A stretch of DNA of 64,000 nt. It comes from Tubiluchus corallicola (taxonomy: Eukaryota; Animalia; Priapulida). Below the pieces are notes generated by a model. The model searched no databases and had not been told where the DNA came from. It saw only the letters and a program-made list of their open reading frames with translations. Below are positions 24,130 through 64,000 of this stretch, piece by piece. The DNA lies in NCBI GenBank assembly GCA_030141605.1, contig JAQGDQ010000103.1, positions 372,001-436,000 of the forward strand. The letters run 5' to 3'. How positions within the stretch are numbered: position 1 is the stretch's first letter; each line of letters opens with the position of its first letter. The translations under genes and the position numbers were made by a program.

Positions 24130-24453
24130 TTACGTCATCTATTTCCGGCGCGATCTTGTCTTTGTGGTCTCCCTTGAGAGTTTAAACGAGTGAGTTCTGC
24201 ACAGTTTGACCTTCGTCTAATTTCAGCTTTGAAGCCACCACCTGCCGACGATTGTTGTCGCTCTGCGAGGGAAGCCACATCGGAAAGCTTACATACTAAA
24301 TCACACTGGCTTCTAGCTGTCACTTACACCTTGTATGCTAGTTACATTACATCCTTATTTGGCTGATAGCCTGCGGCAGGAAATTGCAGAGCCGGTCTTG
24401 TAAGTACTGCGCATGTGCGGTAATCAGCTGTCTGATCATGATAATTTACGTCA
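24130..24453 (-). promoter_or_regulatory. Candidate promoter/first exon of the 22491-22832 gene
   Basis: Perfect CArG box CCTTATTTGG (24353-24362), NRF1-like TGCGCATGTGC (24408-24418), E-box CAGCTG (24425-24430), CRE-like TTACGTCA (24130 and 24446). Locally CpG-rich. Confidence 0.45.
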
Positions 24454-24699
24454 TTACACTAACTCTGGTTTGCGTAGGTCTGGCTCAATTTTCAGTCTTG
24501 AAGAAAGCTAGTTTTCCTCTTTGACTGAATAGCTGTTTTTGCAAGCTAGTAGTCCCGAGGCAGAATCGCTCAATTTAGAAAGCTTTCTACATTTTTGTTT
24601 GATGAAATTAATGCATAAATCAATATATGACAGAGATTTGTTTTTAATAGATTGGTTCCATTCTGTATCTAGTTCGCCTATTAGACAGTTTAACTACTA

Positions 24700-24784
24700 C
24701 AGTCAAACCTCTTTATACCGCCTACATTGGGACTGTGCATAAAAGTTGGCATTATAAAGGAGGCGTTATAACGAGGATTGACTG
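24700..24784. mobile_element. Tiny Tc1/pogo-type MITE
   Basis: TA-CAGTCAAACCTC...GAGGATTGACTG inverted termini; a related end occurs at about 33195-33220. Confidence 0.6.
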
Positions 24785-25184
24785 TGCCTAATATGATAGT
24801 AATTTTGACTACCAAAACTAGGTGCTACCAGCCTGGCGAGCACCCGGTTTGGCGACTAAATGTTTTATTACACAAAAACAACGTTCAGTGTTTGGTTTGC
24901 CATTACATTGTTAAAAATATCTGATTAAAAGCATACCGACTCCTTACCATAAAACAAATTAAGGCGCCGCAGTTCGTATGTGGATTTCGGGAACTAATTC
25001 TTATACTACCACAAACCAAAAAAACCGTACTATGGTTATGAGAAAACTATACGTATCGAACCAAAATGATCTATTCGTAATTATTATGGTGGCATTAATT
25101 ATAATAACACTTCTTTTATCTGTAAATATCGATTGTTAATACTCAAAAGACTCACTTAAAGAAAACTCACACAAAGAAAACTCA

Positions 25185-25600
25185 CACAAAGAAAACACTC
25201 TTCACAAATAAAGCTTGAAAATTCATGTTGAAATTTTATATCACTTACGTGCTGTGTTATTACATACAGAGCTTGCGTTAGCAGTAACGCTGTACAAACT
25301 TGTATATTTAAACTCCTACGCTTACGCACTTGAAAAAATAATCAGAACATTCGTAGTTCACTCACTCACTCACTAACTATAAATATTTTATAAATTATTT
25401 TATATTGCCAATAAGATCAATAATGTGTTTTTGGCGAATCAGTGTTGCACACTGGGATGGCGATGCAGTGGCGTTTTACCAGGTGTCGCAAATATTTTAA
25501 TTATTACGAATTTCTCCTCCAATTACAAAGTCTTTCAAACGGGTAAGCGCGATGCTAGGTAATATAACTTTGTATGGAAGTTCTTTGGGGTAATTCACTT
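25185..25600. mobile_element. Family A solo arm
   Basis: Matches 18345-18800. Confidence 0.65.
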
Positions 25601-26698
25601 TAACATTCCATTTTCGTCCCCCTTAAATTGTAGCTCGCGAGTATCACGGTACTTTTTACACCTCTCAAATCACCAATGACACGTTTTGAAGTCATTGACT
25701 CTATTCTTTTACTTTCAAGCGTCAAATATTGCCAAGGGATTAAAGCATCTTTAACGTTATCAAGTTCTTTAAATTTAACTCCTAATTTTTGTTTATTCCT
25801 TTCATTTGCAAGTTACAATGTGAAACATTTGAAAGCAATAAAATCACATTTTTGCAAGCGCTACAATCAACTATTTCTTTATTTATTTTATATTGACACA
25901 TAATACATAAAGTACATAAATACATAAAATAGCGCTTATTGTACAAAACAACTAAGGTATGCAGAATATTAAACTATATAAATAAGATAAAAACTGTAAA
26001 AGAGGAGCACAGGTTCTTTTGTCCAATGTTGGAAGTACATAGACTTGTACATGTATACCGAATATCTGTAGTTATGCAAGGCAAAATAATAATTATTGCT
26101 ATATAAAATTCGGTTTTTTAGGCTAAAACACGATCATATGATTGTTTGCACAAATATTTGATGCATGCGTACCGTATTCATTGTTAACAAACTTTCGGCG
26201 GGCAATATTGTACAAAGCCCAAAGCTTGCTAGACTGCCACATTTATACATAGCCAGAGATTACGTCAATAAAGCAATCACTGATCGAGGATTATTTTAGT
26301 TGATAGAGACATTGTTAATCAATTACGATCAGTTTATGTAAAATGAAAAAGAGGAGGGAGGCGTGGCTTGCATATGTGCATAAAAATTCTGTGCCAAGGC
26401 AGGCTATGTTGAAAACTTGATTGTACAACATAAAACGAGTGCATTAAAAAGAAAGAAAAACGGGGCGCATTTTTTAAACACCAGCAACGGTTATTAAGAA
26501 ATAAGCTGAACCTACAAAAATATTTTAATAATATCACAACAAGGCATATTCTGTAATCATTTTTTCAGAAATTTTAGGCCTTACACGTTTTTCTAAGGCA
26601 CGTGTGCGTCAGCGAACTAAAGGTTGCAGAGTTGTTTGATGGGACGGGGAGGGGATGGGATGGGAGTAATCAGCGACACGAACCTAGTGTGTATTAGC

Positions 26699-27060
26699 TA
26701 GAGGTGAACACTCTCTACCAGAAAACGAATTCGAATCGACTCGATTTTTTGACTTTCGACTCGAATCAAACTGAATTTTAAGATTTCGAATCCGAATTCA
26801 AATCATTAATAAAAAACGGTCTTCACAAAGATCGTGCGTTTTACTTGATTTTAATATGCAGTAAAACACCAATAATTTGTTTAAAAATTGTGCAGAGAAA
26901 TCGCAGCTAAATTGCGCTCACTGCATGTTGTTTCAAACGTTTTAATGATAAAAAACGTATGTAGTTGAAGTGCTGAATTATTCGAATCTACAATTTTAGG
27001 TTCGATCGAATTCGAATTAAAAGTAGCTCGTTCGAACAAACGTTCAATGCTCACCCCCTA
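26699..27060. mobile_element. TAGGGGTGAGCA hAT-type MITE, copy 3
   Basis: Termini TAGAGGTGAACA / TGCTCACCCCCTA; TSD GTATTAGC/GTAAAAGC. Confidence 0.8.
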
Positions 27061-28119
27061 GTAAAAGCAGAAACCAAGCGATACCAACCTCCACAGAAAT
27101 TGCATCTTTGAGCAATTTACACTACTAGCACATTAGCCTTTTGTTGTTAGTGCATTAGTGCAACTATATTATGTACACCGAAAGCCTTTCTAGTTACTTT
27201 TTTATAATACGTTTCTGCGTGAATCCCTAAAGAAGGTTCTTCCACGTAGCGCTAGTTTCAATAGCCTACCAAGCAGAGTAATACCAAAATACCAAATCAG
27301 TAGTTTTAACTTATACAAAAAGTGCAACTTATGCGCTGTGACGTAATTGGCTAATCCATTGGGCTAACTCTGTCAATATACAGATTCTCTCTAGACATAA
27401 GATGACGCTGTCAGAAATTTACTTGGTAAATTTTTTTTCTTACATTAAACTAAGGAATTGAACCTTCAACCTAAGCACGAAACTGAAGGCAAGTACGAGG
27501 CATTGTTTCAGACACAGTGATGCCACTGAGATAACATTTTATCTCTATCTCTTAAAAAGATCTTTGCTCACTCTCTAACAAGTCCCCGTAAAACAGCGTT
27601 AGCTTAATGGAATCTTCGCGACCTGAACAGTTTTTATAGTTTGTACAAGTGGTTTTTCCAGAAAGAAGTCTTCAGTAATAATCAAATAAACGTTGACATG
27701 ATTTAATTAGAAAAAATCAATGTTTTACTGCAGCTGAATCTAAAACTACAGCTAGTTGCTGCAGGCCAGAAGACCAGCAATTCGTGTAATCGATAATTAA
27801 AGCGATCAGATCGATAATTCTTACAGCAAGTTTCCAACAAAAGTGACGCTGAATGATTCGTATGACAGGAAATGCAATTATTCGTGGTTTAGCGTGGCTA
27901 GTGTGTGAAAGAAGCTGTTCAAATAACTAAGTACAGCGTGGCCGCTACACTTTCAAATAAATGGTATTCCGGTCCTGGGTTCTGATGAAAAATTAAGTTG
28001 AGCCATTATTTGAACTAGACACCTGCTGTGGAGCTCACCCTGGCCTGAAGTGACGACCAACAGGGGTCGCTGCACACATCATTATCTACGTGCTTCTGCG
28101 TTCTGAAACACTCCACCTG

Positions 28120-28430
28120 TTGACGCCATGCTTTCTTGTCCACCGCGAATGCTCGCGATGTATCATCCCTCAGTCCTAGAGTTGTATTTGCTAAATCTTT
28201 TTACAGCATGTCTATTTGCGTCAGTAGCTGACTCCCTTTCGATTTTTTTTGTTGTTTCCAGGAAGAAGAAGCTCTTAAGGTAATGTTAACTAGTACATGC
28301 CCCCAATCCAATGCAGTCTTCTTACTTGTATTTGTTTGCTCGTAGGATTGTTCTTGATCACATCATACAGATCATCATTAGATATCCTGTCAAGCCATTT
28401 AATTCCTAATAATTTACTAGGTACTAGCCT
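28120..28430 (-). mobile_element. Decayed RTE-like LINE 3' end
   Basis: LLGIKWLDRISNDDLY...IQVRRLHWIG, the typical RTE RT C-terminal motif. Confidence 0.7.
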
Positions 28431-28699
28431 ATTACGAAAATGATAATGGGGTACTCTGCAAAATGCAAAATAAAAGCATACAAACAAGGATAAAAACAAG
28501 ACAGTCACAAATATTTAAAAAGGTGAACATCACTTAATTCTGACAATATGAAAAGATTATATGGAGATAAAAACACTAAAACTGATTCACTAAAAAAATT
28601 AAGACACAGGGTACTTAAAAATAATTAGCACAAATTAGGTAGCACAAGCTGAGCATCTACATCCGTTTGTTAATTTGCCTCAAGAAATTATTATACTTA

Positions 28700-29165
28700 G
28701 TGACTATGCGTACATGATTGGTCAATTCATTCCAAATTTTAGAAGCTGAATATCGAAAACTTCTTTTTCCATATAATTCAGTGCGTACTCTAGGAATATT
28801 TATGATGTTATCCTATGGCATTTGATAAGAGCTTTCTCTCAGATTAACCATGTTATATAAGCTTTCTGGACAGAGTTTATGTAGAATTTTAAACACCTCT
28901 AATGCTATTAATCTTTGCATATTTTCCACAGGCTTTTTAATTTTAGCTTTTTTTTAAACAATGAAATCACTAAAGTAATTATTAAAGACAAAACGTAAGG
29001 CACGTTCTTGTAGTTTTTCGAATTTCTGTGTGTTCGTTGCACCGCAAAAATGCCAAACTAATGGACAATAGTTGAAATTAGAAGACATGAAAGCGTGGAA
29101 ATTAGCCATTTTACAGTTTACATTTAGTAAAGTTGACAGACATTTCAAAACATTAATTTGACAAG
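28700..29165 (-). mobile_element. Decayed CR1/L2-group LINE RT C-terminus
   Basis: FHAFMSSNFNYCPLVWHFCG..NTQKFEKLQERALRFVFN. Confidence 0.85.
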
Positions 29166-31244
29166 AGCTAAACTATCTGCTTGGCACCTACTGAATGCTC
29201 GCAGCCTCTCAGAATCCTGTACTTATCCGTAATTATATCATATATAGTACTTGCGTATTTTAAGGAATAATCTTTGGGAATAAAGCTATGAGTGGCTAAT
29301 TGATCCGAGAACTAATTTTAACAAAAAAAAAAAACAGTTAAACGCAATGATTTAATTAGCTAGAATAGCAGAACTTTCGAGTGAACTGCAGACGCTCTGT
29401 TGTGCCGCTTGTGCGTGCCTTCGTGCTGTCCACCAGATTACGTCTTTTTCTCAAACGTACCTTCAGCGAGGTCCGTTTGGCGGGAAGTAAGTGGAAATGT
29501 TATGTGGTAATTTCAATATTTCTAAATGCAGGCCCTATATTAAAGTATAATGAATGTTTTTCAACGGTTGGTTAACTTGGTTTTTCCTTTAATTTTACTT
29601 TTACAACAACTTTGGGGAACGACGCCTACACACTTGATTCCACAATTTCCACAGCCATCTCCAGCCTACCAACAGGAGGGTCTCTGAAGAGTTTTCTTCT
29701 GACATTGGCACGTCTGACCTGCTGTTTCCGAACAGTTTAAATTATAAGGAGGTTTACTGGCCTTTACTAACCATTCTTGGTACGTAGGCCCATATATATT
29801 GGATTGTAACAGGGATAACAACAAGTCTCAACAATGCAAGCAGCAAGAGCAAAGAAATTACAAACCAGGTGGTCCTGGCGGGCCAGGTGGTCCTTCTACG
29901 GCTTTGCAAATTGAACATTCTGTAAAATTGTAATGCAACAAGTCAAATTTAATCATTTCTACTATTTTGTTATCCCTAATTAACTAATTCATTGTCATCA
30001 ATTAATGGCACGACAAAGTAATTTAAATCGTAGACGTTTTTGCTTAGAGCTAATAATTCAGGGTCGCCCAGAAAAGTGTCCCTCAAAGTAATTCGCAGCT
30101 CTTTCATCTTAGTACAGGCATTTGTAAAAAAAAATCGAGCCATTGCGTAGCCGGATATCTCCTCTTTTCAAAGAGCTATTCATTTTCCACCTAAGCTCCC
30201 CACCAAGCGCCACAAGGACGTTTTTTCTACACGGTGTTCCTCAGAACTGAATCACTAGCAAAATTAAAAACATTAATTAGAAAACCCACAATGGAAATAT
30301 TCGAATATTCAACCCATTAAAATGATAATATCAGCTCGAGTTCTAACTTTATTTACACCCAACTTCATTAAAAGCAAAATTATGTATATTCAAATGTAAG
30401 TGGAATACGTAAGTGTAATATGTATTTTATATGAAATTGTATTTGTGAAAATGTTCTTTAGTTTTTTTTATATGGAAGTATTTTGCTATTTTTTACTTTA
30501 TTACTTGTTTTTTATGCGTCCTACTACACTCGTAGTTTTAATTTTTTGCATCAGACGCATTTGCTTATTAGCAGTATAGGCATGACAGGCAATCACTGAA
30601 TGGATATTTCGCATTGTATAATGTATGCTAGTATAGTATTTTCGCCTAAAATCGAAAAAATGTTACATATTCGCGGTAAATTATTATTAATATGTACTTA
30701 ATAAGTTAATATACCACCAAAAAGTGGCTTTAGTAAATGTAATGCCACTTACTACTGCTAAAATTAAATTAATCGAAACACACTAAAATGTCGCTAATTT
30801 CTAGTGCAAAATCAAGTCTTATTGTCGTCATCATGAGCATTCGCTTTTGAAATTATTGCTTTTTTCAAGAAACTCCTACCAGCAAGCTTCAGAGTACAAT
30901 GACATCAAAGTTTATTTACTTCCTAATGATTAACAGTACTGTTTAAAAGTTTTGAGTGCACAATTTTTCAAATTTTTGTTTTTTCTGCTTCGTATTTAAA
31001 TTATCATAATTACCGATTATCATATCTCTTTTTTGTATGGTATGAGAATGTAGAAGAGTTTGGTATAAGCATGTTTGGCACAGGTAAGTTCGGTATGAGG
31101 AAATTTTGGTAAAGGAAAAATTTGGTACTAGGAATTTACATCCGAAAGTGAGCTCATTAAGCCGCGTCTAATGTATATTACGTGTTGTATCATAATTATT
31201 TTAATTATTTTGTTATTATTGAAATTATCTGTATCAAAGCAATA

Positions 31245-31550
31245 AATGTGCAAATTTTACCTGCTTCTCCATTTGTGCCACTTTTTCCTGTGCCAATTTT
31301 ATCATGTCATTTTTTCCTGTGCCGTTTTTACCATGCAATTTTTCCTTTGCCGTTTTTAGTGTGTCATTTTTCCTGTGTCATTTTACCCACTTTTCCATTT
31401 GTGCCGTTTTTGCTGTGAGTTTTACCTGTGCCATTTTTACCCACTTTTCCACTTGTGCCATTCTTGCTGTGAGTTTTACCTGTGCCATTTTACTCACCTT
31501 TCCATTTATGCCATCTTTCCTGTGAGTTTTACCTGTGCCATCTTTACGGG
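31245..31550. repeat. Minisatellite of TTTTACCTGTGCCA-type units (probably subterminal repeats of a DNA element)
   Basis: Repeated TTTT(A/T)CCTGTGCCA with a ~55-bp higher-order repeat at 31375-31545. Confidence 0.8.
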
Positions 31551-33888
31551 TCACCCGTTTCGAGAACTATTCTCATCGCCAGATCTCATCGCTGTGATCT
31601 AAAGAGGGAAGATGTGAACTAGTGAATTACCAATACGTTATCGTTTAATAATAAACAGTTTAGAAACATGACATTGTGTGCTTTTGTATAAAACGACTTA
31701 ATCTTGACTTGGAAAAAGTTTATAGTAATATTGTTGAAATGATTTCGCTCTACTACGTGACAAAACAAGAAATGTGACAAATGTCACTTATACTATATAA
31801 TGGCTTCGCCTGTTGTTACTGGAAGCTGAACACACACTACTTGATTACTTCATCCCTCATCAATACCCTTCATGATTAGTTTTACACTGGTAATAGACGC
31901 AGCTAGTACTGCCATTATTATACTGCACCGCAATAATATAAGTAATCATCTTACACTAATCATGCAGTTGGTAGTTTGAGATGCCGCCGCATGTCAACAA
32001 GTTGGCTTCTCTGTAATATAATGAGTTTGTAATAATTAACATGCCCTTGATTTTGCAAACTTTAGTATGATAAAATCACACATATCACCCTCAGTTCTTT
32101 GAAACATTATTTTCTTCGCTCGCAAGGTTTTTCCCGTTTCAAATTTTGGGTATTCTAAATAAACATGCTTGGCCTACTGTGTAATGATAATTAGCGTAGA
32201 AATTTACAGGCAAAAATTTTTTGGGTAACAGAGGGTGAGAGAGCATTACCTGTACTGGAACTTGATGGGAAAGTGGTATAAAAACTATATTACCATTATA
32301 TATATATATAATGGGAAAATGTGTGATATATATATCACTAAGTTCAAGATATTAATATTGTTAATAGCCTGCTTTCCATCTGGGTGGTTGTGGGTTCGAA
32401 AAATGGCACCTGTTCCCACAATTGTAATACAAATGGATTTAACTGACTGTAATGATGTACTGCACTATTCTTTAGCCTCAGTTTTTAATAATGGTTATGC
32501 ACCCACTTACTAACTAGGCTTGGTGTTGCTTAACTTCTCTTGTAACCTCAGCAGAGGTCATTATCGAGACTTAGAGTCATTTCTTCTATCATTTTACTGT
32601 AACTATGAATAAATACTACTAAAGGAAATAGTAGCAACCAACAATTGCATGCTTTCCTGCAGGATAACTGAGATTTTTCAGTAAATCTTTAAGACAGAAT
32701 ATGTTTTTTAATGTGTTTATTATAAAAATACAACAGAGATAATAAGTAAAGTCACAATGACTAGATATGAGACTTGTGGGTTTACGCAAATACAACTGGG
32801 TTATACGACTAAAATGGTGATGATATAATATTTAACACAAACTACACATTGCAATGCAGCCTAGTGAATAATTTCAGAATAAGATACTGCAAAAAGTTAA
32901 ACATTGTCGGTTCTGATGAGTAACTATATGGGTGAGAGTGCTGGAAACAATGTAGTTGGCTGTCAGAATAAACACATTATAGGGGCCCCGTAAAGCCCAC
33001 CTTAGGAGCGAAAATAATATTCCTACTCATGTTTCTCATAGAGGCCTAGCATCCTAGTTACATTTGATGATTGAATTTCTTTAAGCACTGTGCAATTTCT
33101 TTCCAAATCAGCAATTTGTGACTAAATATAATAACTTTTAGTCACTAGTTAATAACAGCATAAGTTCAGCCAAATCTCACAGCAGTCCCAAAAAGAACGA
33201 TATAAAGAGGTTTGACTGTAGCGACACACACTTTCATAAATGCAAGCATACAAAGTTGCATGTGTTAATTACTGCTACAATTAAGCAAAATTTAAGAAGT
33301 GATTTTGCAAGCACTTCCGTGAAAAACAAAAACTGATAATTCTAATGAGACAAAAACACACAGAATGGGGAATGCAGATTCTAGGCTTTAAACTTTGGAA
33401 AACTAATAAATAAATAAATCGATCACAAAAGAAATTATTAAAACAATCAGAATAAATAATGTTTTAAAATAAAAAATAAAATCACAGCCATATATATGCA
33501 GGTAAAAAGACCTTGTATAAACTTAGCAAAAGCTGTCGTAAGTAATAAATATAAATTTACTCCATAAAATAAAAAATTAATGTCTGAGTTTCGCAAGTGA
33601 CTATACGATTTATCTTAGTTGTGAGATTTCAAAAAAAGTTTCGATTGTTTTACAATTTTGCCCAAAATTACAAAATGAGGTACATAATTATATAACAACA
33701 ACAAGACACACTAATAGCAAATCATAATGCACATATATATATATATGCACTGGTCAGTGGTCAATTAATTTCTCATCTACAGCAAAAATGCCTGAGCATG
33801 GTAGACATAAGATATGAATTTTAATAAAATGTCTAGCAGGATCAGGATATCGGTAAAATCAAATTTCAACAAAAAGGCAAGTTTTGTC

Positions 33889-34320
33889 AATAAGAACTTT
33901 TCACAGCTTCCCTGATTGCACGCACAGTTGCTGTAGGTCAAAGGTTAAGTGTACTATAGCAACGCCTCTTAACTACAACGGTCAGGTCATGTGTGGGTAA
34001 AGCAAAGCCGTCTGCTGCATCAGTTCAGAACTTCACTTGTTTATGTAGACTTTACTTAATTATGCATTAGTATGTGTGTAAGTGATTTACTAGCAAGATC
34101 TCAGTTGGGAACAAGAAAAAATGAACTAGATAAGGTTCTAGCAGCAAGCCGCCACAGTTTAGCAGGGGCAATAGGTTGCGACAGTGTTCGTAACACGCAG
34201 GCTGTTGCATACATTATCCTGTTGCAGCTTTTAACAACACAATGCAGATTAGGCATTGGTAAAGTTGGTGTTGCTATGGTGACCGAGCGATTTTTTGTCT
34301 GCCATATAGGGAAGAGTTAA
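33889..34320. mobile_element. AATAAGCC-type MITE copy just downstream of the KIAA0825 stop (probable 3' UTR)
   Basis: Matches 60816-61100. Confidence 0.65.
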
Positions 34321-34371
34321 AGCGTTGTAAGCCATGTAATTACACTATGTAGTCTTACAATTGTATGGCTT

Positions 34372-63724
<29,353 letters not shown>

Positions 63725-63779
63725 CTGTATACAAAAATTTTTAAATAGAAAATTTGTCTTACAATCATCGTAAAAAACA

Positions 63780-64000
63780 GGTTCGGGTCTACGTGAAGTA
63801 TGCCTTATTATTGAATGTTGAATAACATGGACTTGCAGCAGTGTAGCTAGGCTCGTGTCTATGTGAAGTATCCCCTACTAATGAATGTAGAATAACATGG
63901 ACTTGCAGCGGTGTACCTAGATTCGTGTCTGCGTGAAGTATTTCCAACCATGGAATATTGTATAACATAGACTAACAGCAGTATAGCTAGGTTCGGGTCT
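63780..64000. repeat. 70-bp tandem repeat, more than 3 copies, running off the window
   Basis: Units start at 63780, 63850, 63920 and 63990 (G(G/A)(T/C)TCG(G/T)GTCT..GTGAAGTAT...ATAACAT.GACT..CAGC.GT.TA.CTA). Confidence 0.9.

Noticed and set aside
27970-28020. Hammerhead at CTGATGA
   Set aside because: No properly placed GAAA or stems.

Overview
AT-rich, intron-containing animal (probably marine invertebrate/lophotrochozoan; inference) genomic DNA with no prokaryotic features. Four protein-coding genes can be assembled by hand. (1) KRTCAP2 (OST subunit, + strand, about 8226-14167) has a U12-type intron. (2) A short tail-anchored membrane protein with several PKA sites (- strand, 22491-22832) sits below a CArG/E-box/CRE promoter cluster. 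(3) A 5'-truncated KIAA0825 ortholog (- strand, 20 exons in window, 34372-63724) includes a GC-AG intron. (4) A two-exon LRR/LRRCT transmembrane gene (+ strand, 47355-48987) is nested antisense in a KIAA0825 intron. The rest is a dense mosaic of decayed LINEs (RTE, L2, CR1-like), a pogo/Tigger remnant, several MITE families (hAT, Harbinger-like, Tc1/pogo-like, TTAA/Kolobok-like), a head-to-tail Helitron dimer, tRNA-derived repeats, Penelope-type minimal hammerhead motifs, and micro/minisatellites. Homology calls rest on my recall of family sequences, not on database searches.
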